Under the pieces are notes generated by a model. It searched no databases. It was given only the letters and a program-made list of their open reading frames with translations, and had not been told where the DNA came from. From positions 128,001 to 192,000 of the forward strand of contig CBDDIJ010000003.1 of assembly GCA_965228855.1 (NCBI GenBank): 64,000 nucleotides of DNA, in the 5' to 3' direction. Every line of letters begins with the position of its first letter. Within the stretch, counting starts at the first letter, position 1. Both the position numbers and the translations under genes were made by a program. Positions 22,431-33,529 of this stretch are shown piece by piece. Origin of the DNA: Candidatus Obscuribacterales bacterium. Its GTDB lineage: Bacteria > Cyanobacteriota > Vampirovibrionia > Obscuribacterales > Obscuribacteraceae.

Positions 22431-24134
22431 TCAGCTTTTCTCGCTGGGTTTCGATGGGTCGAGCGCAACGTTTATGGCTGGCCCGTCCTCGATTGCTCCG
22501 TCGGTTGCTGAACCCAGCATGGTTTCCGTATTCGCTGACGCCTCGTCCGCTGGTGCGACCAGCAGGTCTTCCACCGCTTTGGCGTCCGCCGAATCGGTGG
22601 AGCGAGCCATCGTGTCCCTTTTTAAGGCCTCGTATTTTTCATCGATCCTATGCCTGAAGTCTTCCAGCGAAGCTTTGCTCACCTTATCTTGTCGGGCAAG
22701 AAGATTTAAACAGTCGCGCTGCGCTTGAATCAAGGCTCTCTCGATTTGGATGCGCTCGATATCGGCGACGCTTATGTCTTCTTCTCGGAGTTTGAATACC
22801 AGCATCTCGGCTTCGGCGATTTTGTGCTCAAGCGACTGCTTTTCCTTCAAGAAGTCTTCTTTTCGCATTTTTGCGCTCTGAAGTCTTTCGAGTTGCAGGC
22901 GATAGTGTTTCAACTCTTCGTTCAGAGCCAGGTACTTCAAATCGCTGGTCTTCGCCTTACTTACTTTGAGGAGGTTTACCAGCGGCTCGAAGGATAAACC
23001 TTGTACAAAAAGGGTGAATAACGCAACACCGAATGTGGTGACCATGAGCGATTCACGCATCGGGAAATTGCTGGGTAAGCTAAGCGCCATCGCCATACAT
23101 AACGAGCCCCGCAGCCCGCCCCAGAAGAGCAAGTGCCGCCAACTTCCTGGAATAGGTTGTTTTGACGTTGATACGAACGGTGCCAGACCGTAGATGACCA
23201 CAAAGCGTCCGGCCAGAATTGCTATGATGGCGACGCCGATTTGAGGTGCATATTTGATTAGAAGATTAATCTCAATCTGTAAGCCAATGAGTAGAAACAC
23301 CAGCGACTCGGCAATAAATGCTGCATATTCCCAGAAGGAGTCCACTGCCAACCGCGTGGTCGGTGACATATGAGTTCGGCTGCCGTAGTTGCCCATAATG
23401 ATGCCGGCGACCAGCACAGCCATAACACCTGACACGTGAAAGTGCTCCGCACCTACGAAGGCTCCGTATGCGGAGACGATAGTCAACGTGATTTCTAGCA
23501 AATGGTCGTCGAAAAAGCGCGTGAGCCATGAAGCAAATGCACCAACAGCGATACCAAGGCCGACCCCACCAAAGGTGACAAGGGTAAACTGAACGAGGAT
23601 GTCCGTCGGGGATAAGGCACCGCCGGCGATGGCTGAAGCCATGAGAATCCGGAAGAGCACCACCGCAGTACCGTCATTCAGCAGGCTCTCGCCTTCGAGG
23701 ATTGTGACCAGGCGCTTTTCGATACCCATCTTCTTGAAAAACGCCAGAACCGATATCGGGTCTGTCGCGCTGATCATGGCGCCGAACATTAGCGCGATGA
23801 GCAAATCCAGCTGCGCAAGGAAGTGAATTACATAACCTACGACTATCGTGGAGATAAACACGCCGATAGTCGCGAACGCAAGCACAGGCTTATAGCATTT
23901 TTTCAGAACGTGAAGGTTGAGATTCCATGATGCTTCAAACAGCAATGCCGGAAGAAATACCATAAGAATAATTTCCGGTGTCATATGAACTTCCGGAAGT
24001 AAATGAAACACGCCGATCATTAGACCGGCAACGACAAGCGCGATGGAGTAGGGCAGCCGTATCCACTTCACCGCAATGGCAACGCATGCGGCTACAAGGG
24101 TCAGAACTAACAGAACGTGCGTGTTTAAATGCAA
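22431..24134 (-). CDS. CPA1-family Na+/H+ antiporter with C-terminal cytoplasmic extension
   Basis: FLPALLFEASW, ATDPISV, LEGESLLNDG, WGGLRG; about 170-aa hydrophilic tail. Confidence 0.93.
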   Translation of the reverse strand: MHLNTHVLLVLTLVAACVAIAVKWIRLPYSIALVVAGLMIGVFHLLPEVHMTPEIILMVFLPALLFEASWNLNLHVLKKCYKPVLAFATIGVFISTIVVGYVIHFLAQLDLLIALMFGAMISATDPISVLAFFKKMGIEKRLVTILEGESLLNDGTAVVLFRILMASAIAGGALSPTDILVQFTLVTFGGVGLGIAVGAFASWLTRFFDDHLLEITLTIVSAYGAFVGAEHFHVSGVMAVLVAGIIMGNYGSRTHMSPTTRLAVDSFWEYAAFIAESLVFLLIGLQIEINLLIKYAPQIGVAIIAILAGRFVVIYGLAPFVSTSKQPIPGSWRHLLFWGGLRGSLCMAMALSLPSNFPMRESLMVTTFGVALFTLFVQGLSFEPLVNLLKVSKAKTSDLKYLALNEELKHYRLQLERLQSAKMRKEDFLKEKQSLEHKIAEAEMLVFKLREEDISVADIERIQIERALIQAQRDCLNLLARQDKVSKASLEDFRHRIDEKYEALKRDTMARSTDSADAKAVEDLLVAPADEASANTETMLGSATDGAIEDGPAINVALDPSKPSEKS

Positions 24135-24147
24135 ATCGAAACCTACC

Positions 24148-25536
24148 TCACCGAGCGCTGCCCATTAGCTTCCGAACAGTAGGTACCAAAAGGAACAGCA
24201 CAATGGTGCCTACAAATGCTGCTGCGGCCATTGAGCCGAACAATGTCGACATGCCGCTAAGATTCTTTTCGTCGAAAAATCCACCGACGTAACCCGCCAG
24301 TCCGTTTCCGAGCGCCATCCCGATAAACCAGGCGCCCATTGTTATACCCACTAGCCTCGCCGGCGCGAGTTTCGTTACCGTGCTCAAACCGACCGGGCTT
24401 AAACAGAGTTCGCCCATATCTTGCAGCAAGAAAACAGCGATCAGCCAGAGCGGGCTGACTTTCCCCTGGGCTGCCAACACTGAAGCCGGCACCATAAGAG
24501 CGATCCCAAGTCCAAGCAGCATTAGACCGATTGCGAACTTGGCCGGCGCTGATGGCTGTTTATCGCCGAGCTTCAGCCAGAGTATCGAGAAGAGTGGCGC
24601 GAAAATAATCACGAAGGTGGCTTGGAACGTCTGAAGCCAGCTTGAAGGAAATGCCCAGCCACCAATGGTAGTGTCAGTGCATTTGTCTGCGAATATGTTT
24701 AAACTGCTCCCGCCCTGTTCATATATAGCCCAGAACAAGATGTTAAACACGAAGAGAACAGCGATGGCGCCCAGACGTTTCACTTCAACAGGCGTTAACG
24801 CTTCATTAGCGTTCTTGCCGTCGTTCGTCTCAGATTCCTTTTTCTGAGGACGTAAACCCGCTGTGCCTAGCTGTTTCCACTGAATCACATAATGAATCAG
24901 ACCGATCATCATGCCAACGCCGGCAGCTCCGAATCCCCAGTGCCAGCTGTGGTGTTCTGACAAGCCGACGGACGTGAGCCATGCTTTGAACTCGGTTCCC
25001 TGCGCAAGATATCCGCACACCAGGGGCGAAAGCATCGCGCCGATATTGATGCCCATGTAAAAGATTGAGAAACCGCCATCGCGTCGAGGGTCTCCCTCTT
25101 TGTAGAGCATCCCCAGCATTCCGCTTATGTTTGGCTTAAGCAGACCTGTTCCCACCACGATCAAACCCATGCCACCGTAAAACGTTGCCAGTGATGGAAA
25201 TGCGATGGTGAAGTGACCTAGAGCGATGATTATGCCGCCGATTAAAACTGCCCAGCGGGCCCCGAGGATTTTATCCGCGATCAGTCCACCCGGCAAGGAG
25301 CTCAAGTAGACGAGCATGGTGTACCAGCCGTAAATCTCACCGGCATTTTTGTTTGACATGCCGAGACCGCCTTCGCTGACGGCTGCCACCATATATAGCA
25401 CCAGAATGGCGCGCATTCCGTAATAGCTGAAGCGCTCCCACATCTCGGTGAAAAACAGATTCACCAGACCAACGGGATGACCGGCAAACGTTTTTTCGTG
25501 GTCTGCCAATGGCAATGTAGTTTCGCTGACAGTCAT
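24148..25536 (-). CDS. POT/PTR-family di/tripeptide:H+ symporter (DtpT-like)
   Basis: GHPxGL, EMWERFSYYGMR, GLLKPNIS, FYMGINIG, GELCLSPVGLS. Confidence 0.95.
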   Translation of the reverse strand: MTVSETTLPLADHEKTFAGHPVGLVNLFFTEMWERFSYYGMRAILVLYMVAAVSEGGLGMSNKNAGEIYGWYTMLVYLSSLPGGLIADKILGARWAVLIGGIIIALGHFTIAFPSLATFYGGMGLIVVGTGLLKPNISGMLGMLYKEGDPRRDGGFSIFYMGINIGAMLSPLVCGYLAQGTEFKAWLTSVGLSEHHSWHWGFGAAGVGMMIGLIHYVIQWKQLGTAGLRPQKKESETNDGKNANEALTPVEVKRLGAIAVLFVFNILFWAIYEQGGSSLNIFADKCTDTTIGGWAFPSSWLQTFQATFVIIFAPLFSILWLKLGDKQPSAPAKFAIGLMLLGLGIALMVPASVLAAQGKVSPLWLIAVFLLQDMGELCLSPVGLSTVTKLAPARLVGITMGAWFIGMALGNGLAGYVGGFFDEKNLSGMSTLFGSMAAAAFVGTIVLFLLVPTVRKLMGSAR

Positions 25537-25667
25537 TAAAAGTTCGCCGGACTACTTGAAAACACGGCTAAATTCCCCAGGCGATGAGTTCTGGCAGTTT
25601 ATCATTTTAAGTATCTGTATCGCATGAAGTGGCGACGTTCTAGTGGCCGATTGGATAGAATGTTGAG

Positions 25668-26102
25668 ATGAAAAACGCAAGTTTTGAAATTCTCGATCAT
25701 CCCGCTGATATGGGCTTTCGCGCCTGGGCGCCATCCAAGGAGGCGCTGTTCGAAACGGCAGCAACTGCCGTTACTTCCATTCTTGTAGATCTTGATGATA
25801 TCGACGAATCGACCACTGTTGAAATCTCTGTTGAGGCGGAAGATGAAGATTTGCTTCTCTACAATTGGCTTTCCGAAGTATTGTTTTGGTTCGATGCTGA
25901 AGGCGTATTGTTGAAAACATTCGAAATCAACGAGTTCATGACATCGGGAGACAAAATGAAGGTCGTCTCAACGGCTGCGGGGCAAAGGTACTCCAGTGAA
26001 AGACATGAGATCAAAACCTACGTTAAGGCAATAACACTTCACCAACTGCAAATTATGCGCAAGGAGGAAAAATTTGAAGCACAGGTTTACCTCGACATTT
26101 AA
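25668..26102 (+). CDS. Archease
   Basis: FEILDHPADMG, VKAITLH, C-terminal VYLDI; immediately upstream of rtcB. Confidence 0.93.
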   Translation: MKNASFEILDHPADMGFRAWAPSKEALFETAATAVTSILVDLDDIDESTTVEISVEAEDEDLLLYNWLSEVLFWFDAEGVLLKTFEINEFMTSGDKMKVVSTAAGQRYSSERHEIKTYVKAITLHQLQIMRKEEKFEAQVYLDI

Positions 26103-26125
26103 ACGCGCTATAGATCAAAAGCGGC

Positions 26126-27640
26126 TTGAAGTTGAAGCATCAGCAGACGGTCGCGTTCAGGAGTAAGACGGTTCGAATGACAAAGCTGAGATCGAATACG
26201 AAGTGGGATAACATCATCGAGGTAATCGATCAGAACCGCTACATGATTCCGCGCCATTACAAGCACGGGATGAATGTCGATGCCATGATCTTCAGCAGTC
26301 CTGAACTAATAAAGCATGTACTGACCGATCTGTCCCTTGAGCAGGCCGCCAATGTCGCCACGCTTCCTGGAATCGTGGGAAAGTCGCTCGCTATGCCGGA
26401 CATGCACCAGGGTTACGGCTTTCCGATTGGTGGTGTTGCCGGCATGGATCCGGAAACGGGTGTGGTCTCGCCTGGTGGTGTTGGATTCGATATCAACTGC
26501 GGAGTGCGCTTAATTTCCAGTCCACTAAGTTTTAAAGACGTAGAGTCTAATCTGGACGAGCTGGTCACGGCTTTGTTTAAAGCTGTTCCAACCGGGGCTG
26601 GTAAAGACGGTCGCATCCATCTCAGTTCGCGAGAGCTTGATGCCGTGCTGAAGGGCGGATCAAAGTGGGCTGTCAAAGAAGGTTATGGAATCAACGCTGA
26701 TTTGGAGCGCACCGAAGATGGTGGCTGTTTATCTCACGCTGTTGAAACGGCTGTGACTGAGCGAGCCCGAAAACGGGGAGGCAGTCAACTTGGAACGCTA
26801 GGGTCCGGGAATCATTTCCTGGAAGTCGATGTCGTCGAGCAGATTTTCGACAGAGACGCGGCCGAAGCATTTGGTTTATTCGACCAGCAGATATGTTTCA
26901 TGGTGCATTGTGGATCGCGTGGTCTCGGGCATCAAGTCTGTACGGATTTCGTTGCAAACATGCAGCCGGTGATGAAGCGCTACGACATTACATTGGCTGA
27001 TAGAGAACTGGCATGCTGCCCGATTAATTCGCCAGAGGGTCAGAGTTATCTCGGCGCAATGGCTGCGGCTGCCAATTTTGCTTTCGCGAATCGCCAGTGC
27101 ATAACCGAATGGATTCGAAAAGTTGTGCGTAAACTCTATGGAGGTTCAACGAATTTGTCGTTGGTCTACGACGTTGCTCACAATATGGCTAAGTTCGAAA
27201 ATCATACGGTCGATGGCAAAGACATGCGCGTTCTCGTTCATAGAAAAGGTGCTACCAGAGCTTTTCCTGCCGGACGCCCGGAGCTTGCCGAAATGTTCCA
27301 GAAGACCGGACAGCCAGTGATTATTCCTGGCGATATGGGACGAGCGTCGTATGTTCTGGTTGGCACAGAGCAGGCGCTTAAGGAAACGTTTGGTAGCGTC
27401 TGTCATGGTGCCGGGCGCCTAATGAGCAGAACGCAAGCACGGAAGAATAGACAATCGAAAGATGTGATTGCCGCATTGAAAGCGCGCGGAGTGATTGCCA
27501 AAGCATCAACACGCGAGGGATTGACCGAAGAGGTGCCGGAGGCATACAAGCCGATCGACGACGTGGTGCGCGCCGTCAAGGACGCCGGTCTTGCGCGACC
27601 AGTCGCGAGGCTGAAACCGATTGGAGTGGTTAAAGGATAG
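26126..27640 (+). CDS. rtcB: RtcB RNA ligase (3'-phosphate/5'-OH), archease-associated type
   Basis: MPDMHQGYGFPIGG, GFDINCG, GSGNHFLE, HCGSRG, DVAHN, HRKGAT, PGDMG, HGAGR, EEVPEAYK. Start may be ATG 26177. Confidence 0.97.
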   Translation: MKLKHQQTVAFRSKTVRMTKLRSNTKWDNIIEVIDQNRYMIPRHYKHGMNVDAMIFSSPELIKHVLTDLSLEQAANVATLPGIVGKSLAMPDMHQGYGFPIGGVAGMDPETGVVSPGGVGFDINCGVRLISSPLSFKDVESNLDELVTALFKAVPTGAGKDGRIHLSSRELDAVLKGGSKWAVKEGYGINADLERTEDGGCLSHAVETAVTERARKRGGSQLGTLGSGNHFLEVDVVEQIFDRDAAEAFGLFDQQICFMVHCGSRGLGHQVCTDFVANMQPVMKRYDITLADRELACCPINSPEGQSYLGAMAAAANFAFANRQCITEWIRKVVRKLYGGSTNLSLVYDVAHNMAKFENHTVDGKDMRVLVHRKGATRAFPAGRPELAEMFQKTGQPVIIPGDMGRASYVLVGTEQALKETFGSVCHGAGRLMSRTQARKNRQSKDVIAALKARGVIAKASTREGLTEEVPEAYKPIDDVVRAVKDAGLARPVARLKPIGVVKG

Positions 27641-27684
27641 TTTTAAAACGTAAGTGATTTTGGAAACCTTAGAAGGAGAGATAA

Positions 27685-29340
27685 ATGACACAGCCCGGCG
27701 AGATAATGGATGATCCTCTTTGGTACAAGGATGTTATCGTCTATCAACTTCACGTCAAAACATTCTTCGACAGCAACGGCGATGGTTATGGTGACTTCGC
27801 TGGTCTGATTGAAAAGCTCGATTACATCGAGCAGTTAGGCGTAAATTGCATCTGGATCTTGCCATTTTATCCTTCGCCGTTGCGCGACGATGGTTATGAC
27901 ATTGCCGACTACGTCAGTATCAACCCGCTTTACGGAACGATGCAGGACGCAAAAAATTTCATCAAGGAAGCGCATCGTCGCAACATCCGAGTGATCACCG
28001 AGCTTGTTATCAATCACACTTCCGATCAACACGAGTGGTTTAAACGCGCGAAGGCTGCGCCTCCTGACAGTAACGAGCGCAACTATTATGTGTGGAGCGA
28101 CACCGATGCAAAATTCGATGATGCTCGCATCATATTTATCGATACTGAGGCATCCAATTGGACCTGGGATTCAACCGCCAAGGCTTACTATTGGCACCGC
28201 TTCTTCAGCCATCAGCCGGATTTGAACTTTGATAATCCCGAAGTCACCAACGCTGTTCTAGATGTGATGCGCTTCTGGCTCGACATTGGTGTCGATGGTT
28301 TTCGTCTGGATGCAATTCCTTATCTCATCGAACGCGAAGGCACCAACTGCGAAAACTTGCCGGAAACGCACGCGATTCTCAAACAATTTCGCGCCGCCCT
28401 GGATAAGGACTACAAGAATAAATTGTTTCTTGCGGAGGCTAACCAATGGCCTGCTGACGTGATTCAGTACTTCGGCAGTGGAACAGACGAATGCCACATG
28501 GCCTATCACTTCCCTCTCATGCCGCGGATCTTCATGGCTTTGCACCAGCAAACGCGAACACCGATTGTTGAAATCATGCGACAAACACCGGACATCCCGG
28601 AGTCCTGTCAATGGGCGATATTTTTGCGCAACCACGACGAGCTGACACTAGAGATGGTGACGGATGAAGAACGTGACTATATGTACGCAGCTTATGCGGA
28701 ACATCCGATTATGCGCTGCAACGTCGGTATTCGTCGTCGCTTAGCGCCGTTGCTGGAGAACAGTCGTCCGCGTGTAGAATTGGCGAACAGCCTCTTGTTT
28801 TCAATGCCGGGTACGCCGATTGTTTATTACGGCGACGAAATCGGAATGGGCGATAACGTTTACCTCGGAGATAGAAACGGCGTACGCACGCCGATGCAGT
28901 GGAACGGCGATCGCAACGGCGGGTTCTCACGCGCTTCCTTTGCGCAGCTCTACTCGCCGCCCTTGATGGATCCTGTGAGCGGCTATCAGGTGATTAACGT
29001 CGAAGCTCAGCAACTCGACAAGTCCTCATTGTTGCACTGGATGCGCAGAATCATTCGTTTGCGCAAACAGTACAAGGTGTTTGGTCGGGGCACAATCGAA
29101 TTTATCGAACCTGCTAACAGAAAAGTTCTCGCTTACATACGGCGCTATGAAAATGAAACAGTTTTGTGTCTCGCCAACCTCTCATACTCTCCTCAATCAG
29201 CCGATCTTCATCTTGAGAGATACGCAGGCAAAACGCCGGTTGAGATGTTCGGCATGGAAGCGTTTCACGAGATAACGGAGCAACCATATGTGGTGACATT
29301 CGCACCTTACGGTTTCTACTGGTTGCTGCTGGAAAAATAA
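27685..29340 (+). CDS. treS: Trehalose synthase / maltose alpha-D-glucosyltransferase (GH13)
   Basis: [62 protein letters not shown]. No fused maltokinase domain. Confidence 0.96.
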   Translation: MTQPGEIMDDPLWYKDVIVYQLHVKTFFDSNGDGYGDFAGLIEKLDYIEQLGVNCIWILPFYPSPLRDDGYDIADYVSINPLYGTMQDAKNFIKEAHRRNIRVITELVINHTSDQHEWFKRAKAAPPDSNERNYYVWSDTDAKFDDARIIFIDTEASNWTWDSTAKAYYWHRFFSHQPDLNFDNPEVTNAVLDVMRFWLDIGVDGFRLDAIPYLIEREGTNCENLPETHAILKQFRAALDKDYKNKLFLAEANQWPADVIQYFGSGTDECHMAYHFPLMPRIFMALHQQTRTPIVEIMRQTPDIPESCQWAIFLRNHDELTLEMVTDEERDYMYAAYAEHPIMRCNVGIRRRLAPLLENSRPRVELANSLLFSMPGTPIVYYGDEIGMGDNVYLGDRNGVRTPMQWNGDRNGGFSRASFAQLYSPPLMDPVSGYQVINVEAQQLDKSSLLHWMRRIIRLRKQYKVFGRGTIEFIEPANRKVLAYIRRYENETVLCLANLSYSPQSADLHLERYAGKTPVEMFGMEAFHEITEQPYVVTFAPYGFYWLLLEK

Positions 29341-29355
29341 TGTGCGGCAATCACT

Positions 29356-30660
29356 TCAGGGCTTCAGTTTTAGCGCTTTGATGACCGCAGCCCTCAGATC
29401 CGGCACAATGTATCCTTGAGAGGTTTCCTTGCCGGTTTTGTATAGGAGATGGTCGGCTTTCGCCGGAGTCAATTTGGGTTCGAGGCTCATGAGCAGTGCA
29501 ATTGCTCCAGACCAGTGAGGAGCGGCATAAGAAGTCCCGGAGCCGGAAGCTGCAGTCGATATCGCATTACTGTACGTTCGAACATTTACGGACGGAGCAA
29601 CGGCTTTGAATGGCCCGTACGTAGACTGAGTCCAGTACATGTCATTTTCATCAATTCCTCCGACTCTGCGAATTGTCTTTTTTGACTTGCTTGGATCTTC
29701 AATCGGGTCATTGCCAGCCGCGTTGATCAGGATGTCCTTATGCTTTGAAAGCATTTTGGCAATGTCTTGTATCAACTCCGAACCATTGTAGGTTGGCAAA
29801 CCGAATGACTGAATGCTGAGGTTGATAGCAGATGGACCGCCCCTCTCCGCTTGATGGTCTACACACCAGTTAAGCGCTCGGATGACGTCGATAGTATCGA
29901 TTTGTCCTGCAGCGTTTGATACCCGGCAACACGTCAGCGCGACCGACGGGGCTGTATGCGATGCCACGCCGGCAAGCAATATGCCATTATTAGTGGTGGC
30001 GGCCGCAATCGCGGCAACCGCGGTGCCGTGAACCTGTGGGTCTCCAGCTGCTTCTGGTACGCCATCCAGTCCGCCGACGAAATTGAACTGAGTGATATTC
30101 GTCCACTCGTTCGATACGGGAGTGCATCCCGAGTCAATAATAGTCAGTCTGGGCTGTGCAACCTGCGATACGTTCTTCGCCTCGAGCAAGCAGCGCATTT
30201 CGCTGAAATTGATCTGTTGAAGGTTGAGTTGGTTGGCAAACTCTGGATCGTTGATTGAGGGGACGCATTGGTTCAACTTGCTGGCGAATTTGATCTCTGC
30301 TGTGCTGAGATCCGGGTCTGCCGAGTTCTTAACGCTATACAAAGCTGATTTTACAGACCCTGATCTCGGCTGCACTTCTAAGATCACATAATGTTCGGTC
30401 TTTGACCTGATCTCGTTGACGACCATCAGTCCGCGCTTTTGCAAACGGGTTTTGAATTTGTCTATATCTACATTCGGGCGACTCATTATGAGTACGCTCT
30501 GTCCCGCCGGAATTCGCTTGGCCTGAGCGATTTGAGGAAATACCGACAGGAGAATGAAGAACGAAAACAAATAGAGGGTCTGTATTGTTCCTCTTTTAGG
30601 AAACAATTCGTGAGCGGTTCGACTTCGAAATGAAGCCACGCCGTGACTCGGTAATTTCAA
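29356..30660 (-). CDS. Exported subtilisin-like S8 serine peptidase
   Basis: Catalytic triad IIDSG / HGTAVA / GTSYAAP, oxyanion AAGND; signal-like segment ending AQA. Confidence 0.92.
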   Translation of the reverse strand: MKLPSHGVASFRSRTAHELFPKRGTIQTLYLFSFFILLSVFPQIAQAKRIPAGQSVLIMSRPNVDIDKFKTRLQKRGLMVVNEIRSKTEHYVILEVQPRSGSVKSALYSVKNSADPDLSTAEIKFASKLNQCVPSINDPEFANQLNLQQINFSEMRCLLEAKNVSQVAQPRLTIIDSGCTPVSNEWTNITQFNFVGGLDGVPEAAGDPQVHGTAVAAIAAATTNNGILLAGVASHTAPSVALTCCRVSNAAGQIDTIDVIRALNWCVDHQAERGGPSAINLSIQSFGLPTYNGSELIQDIAKMLSKHKDILINAAGNDPIEDPSKSKKTIRRVGGIDENDMYWTQSTYGPFKAVAPSVNVRTYSNAISTAASGSGTSYAAPHWSGAIALLMSLEPKLTPAKADHLLYKTGKETSQGYIVPDLRAAVIKALKLKP

Positions 30661-30864
30661 AATCTAATTCTCCAACACAGGAAGATTCGACTGTTGCGAA
30701 ACTCGCACGGCTACCTTTTCGATCTTATGGTAGTTTCATGGTACCACCGGCTGAGGCCTGCCGTATATAAAATCTTGACGTTACCCGAGGCGCTATTGCC
30801 TCCTGGGTTTGTTATTCTTCAGATCGTTTGCATGTTTGTGAGAACTAGCTTTGAGTTATTGCTA

Positions 30865-31311
30865 CTAGCCGGCTTTCTTGGTCAGCTCTCTTGCTTTTGA
30901 GAAGTCCGCTTCTGCGGCTCCAGTTTGACCGCACTCCTGTTTAGATTTGCCGCGCAGGTCATATTCTTCGGCCGAGCTCGCGGTCATCGCGGCAGCCTTT
31001 TTGAAGTCCACTTTGGCGGCTTCTTTTTTGCCGAGTTGTCTGTTGGTAAGACCTCGGTAGTAGAATCCACCGATGCATTTCGGATCTAATTCGACAACGG
31101 TGTTGAAACGTTCCAACGCGACTTTGAAATCTTTAGTATCGTAACGTCGTTTGCCGTCGGCATAAAGGTCGCTTGCCAGATTGGCTTTCGCGTTGGCGCC
31201 GGTTCCGCCACTTCCTGGTGCAGGTGGCTCACCCTGCTCCTTGGCAAGAGCGGTTGGTGCTGTGAGGACGAGCGCGCTGATCAGCGCAAGGAACGTATTT
31301 TTGATGGTCAT
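30865..31311 (-). CDS. Exported TPR protein
   Basis: Signal peptide (MTIKNTFLALISALVLTAPTALA) and TPR motif FYYRGLTNRQLGKKEAAKVDFKKA. Start reassigned to ATG 31311 after GAAGGA. Confidence 0.85.
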   Translation of the reverse strand: MTIKNTFLALISALVLTAPTALAKEQGEPPAPGSGGTGANAKANLASDLYADGKRRYDTKDFKVALERFNTVVELDPKCIGGFYYRGLTNRQLGKKEAAKVDFKKAAAMTASSAEEYDLRGKSKQECGQTGAAEADFSKARELTKKAG

Positions 31312-31382
31312 GTCCTTCTCCGGAAATGTTTCACAACGTGCTTCCTGGCCTGCCATTATCGCACTATCGTAAAAGTTTTTGC

Positions 31383-32447
31383 TTAATCGTTAAGAGTCGC
31401 GCTGCGCGGCATCTTCCTGCTGCCTGTCTCCGTTAAGTAGGATGACAAAATGCTCGCAATTTTCTCTCCACCCGACTGGCTGAGGTGAATCGGATCTAGA
31501 AAATCCTTTTTCGTAAAACTATTGTCGTCAGTGAGGTCTAAATATTCCGCATCGTATTGTTTGCACAAATCTTGAGTCTCACTTGATAGTCGTGGCTGCA
31601 ATTTCCGGAACTCGGCAACATCCTCGCTTTTCAGCATCGGCATGGAAATTACACTTGCTTCAATATTTTGCTTTTGCAGAAACCGCAGGGTTTCATCTAG
31701 GAACCGCATCTGGTGCTCAATGTTTTCGTCTGAGCACGAGAAATTTCTCGGATACATCTTGGTCTGAGCATTAAAAGTTTGTTTGTCGTCGGGAAGAAAA
31801 ACAAATTGACCCGGAGCCATTGTCGAAATCGGCGCTCTCACCATGCTTTGAAAAACCGCATATAGCTTACTTCCAACGGTTGGAAAAGCCAGATCGTACA
31901 GTGCTCCAAGTGGAACGCTCGATGAAAAGTAACGGTAATAATCAGAGCGACCGGGAAACGGGAGACCGTTGCTGAGAAACGATCGTGGTGTCACCGTTAG
32001 TATCACACGTTTTGGTTTACGCAAATCAGAAAATAAACTCTCTGCAATTACGAGGTAATCAGATACCAGGCTTCCGGGCTGGCTTACGATGAATGTTCTC
32101 AGCTCGCCGCCGTCATGGTTCAGTTGTGATTCAATCGCATAGCCGCGATGGTCGAGAGCAAAATCAAGTCTTGTTCCAGCAACTTTCGCATCAGCAGATC
32201 TCAGACCACCGAGTTGCGAATCACCGAAAACAAAGATGTCCGGCGCCGAAGGCGAACTCTGGTAATCCCTGGCTATCCAGTAACCAAAAGGTTTAGCGCA
32301 TGTTGGCGCAAATTCGTTTGCTCTGGGCCAACGCCAGCATTCTGATGTTTCCGCCCAAAAATTTCCAATAGCTAGAGCGCCTGTCAATAATAAGAGACCA
32401 GCAATCATATGCCGCGCAAATCGCACTGATTTTGCTCTACTCGCCAT
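31383..32447 (-). CDS. Membrane-anchored SGNH-hydrolase-like protein (DUF1574/DltD-like)
   Basis: N-terminal TM, FGDS block I, C-terminal DxxH (DFLDPIHL). Confidence 0.7.
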   Translation of the reverse strand: MASRAKSVRFARHMIAGLLLLTGALAIGNFWAETSECWRWPRANEFAPTCAKPFGYWIARDYQSSPSAPDIFVFGDSQLGGLRSADAKVAGTRLDFALDHRGYAIESQLNHDGGELRTFIVSQPGSLVSDYLVIAESLFSDLRKPKRVILTVTPRSFLSNGLPFPGRSDYYRYFSSSVPLGALYDLAFPTVGSKLYAVFQSMVRAPISTMAPGQFVFLPDDKQTFNAQTKMYPRNFSCSDENIEHQMRFLDETLRFLQKQNIEASVISMPMLKSEDVAEFRKLQPRLSSETQDLCKQYDAEYLDLTDDNSFTKKDFLDPIHLSQSGGEKIASILSSYLTETGSRKMPRSATLND

Positions 32448-32535
32448 CCTTTAATCATCTGAAAATTTCACAGATTGATCCAGGCAACTTCGTTTAGAAT
32501 GATGCGGTCTTCTGTATGTGCAAAAGAGGTGTGTT

Positions 32536-33378
32536 ATGCAACTGCCTGGATGTGTTCGAGCTTTTTCGGTGTTTGCCGCAGCTTCGATTCTTCTGTCCTC
32601 ATCGGTGTTTCCAGCGTTTGCTGCGGAATCAAAACGACCGCTTGTCATTGCACATCGGGGCGGAAAAAAATGGGCTCCCGAAAACACAATGGCTGGATTT
32701 GCCAAGAGTTTAAAGGCTGGAGCCGATGGTGTAGAGCTGGATATCCACCGATGCAAATCTGGAGAGTTGGTAGTAATTCACGATGAAACTCTCGACAGGA
32801 CTACTGATGGCAAGGGCTTCATCAAAGATAAGACCTGGGACGAGTTGAAAACTTTGAGCGCAGGTAAATGGTACGGCGACGAATTTGCTGAAGAGAAATT
32901 GCCGCTGCTCACCGATGTTTTGAAACTTGCCGATGGAAAAATGATCGTCAACATAGAGATCAAGAATTCGCCGATTGAATATCCGGGCATCGAGGATGAT
33001 CTCGCAAAGGTTCTGAAGGACTACAAGTATCCGGAGAAGATCCTCATTAGCTCCTTTGACCACGAACTTATCAGACGCGTCCATAAGAAAATGCCGAACA
33101 TAGAAGCCGCATTTTTGGACGCAGGAATCGTTGCCGACGTGGGCAAATATGCCAACTCGATCGGAGCGAAAGCCTGGAATGCAGGGTATTCAGAGATGCG
33201 TGCCGACGCCGTCGATCGCGCGCATAAGGCTGGTCTGGCGGTCAACGTCTGGACCGTAGACGGTACGAAACATTGGAACGACATGCTTGAAATGAAGGTA
33301 GACGGCATCGTCACTGACGATCCGGCAGGTTTGATTCACCATCTGAAACAGCATGGCGGTTCCCAAAGCACTAACTAA
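32536..33378 (+). CDS. Glycerophosphodiester phosphodiesterase, exported
   Basis: IAHRGG, PENT, ELDIH, HDETLDRTT, NIEIK, ISSFD, WTVD, GIVTD; signal peptide. Confidence 0.95.
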   Translation: MQLPGCVRAFSVFAAASILLSSSVFPAFAAESKRPLVIAHRGGKKWAPENTMAGFAKSLKAGADGVELDIHRCKSGELVVIHDETLDRTTDGKGFIKDKTWDELKTLSAGKWYGDEFAEEKLPLLTDVLKLADGKMIVNIEIKNSPIEYPGIEDDLAKVLKDYKYPEKILISSFDHELIRRVHKKMPNIEAAFLDAGIVADVGKYANSIGAKAWNAGYSEMRADAVDRAHKAGLAVNVWTVDGTKHWNDMLEMKVDGIVTDDPAGLIHHLKQHGGSQSTN

Positions 33379-33529
33379 GCGACGTTTCGTCCCACTGTTT
33401 AAATCTATAGCCCATTAAATTATCAAGCCGGATTGAGTTTCAGCCGTTTGAGACATATATGGATGTGGAATTGGTTCCATATAGGAAAGCTCGAATAGTT
33501 TCTTTAGGGGAAGGACCTGGATTTAAACT

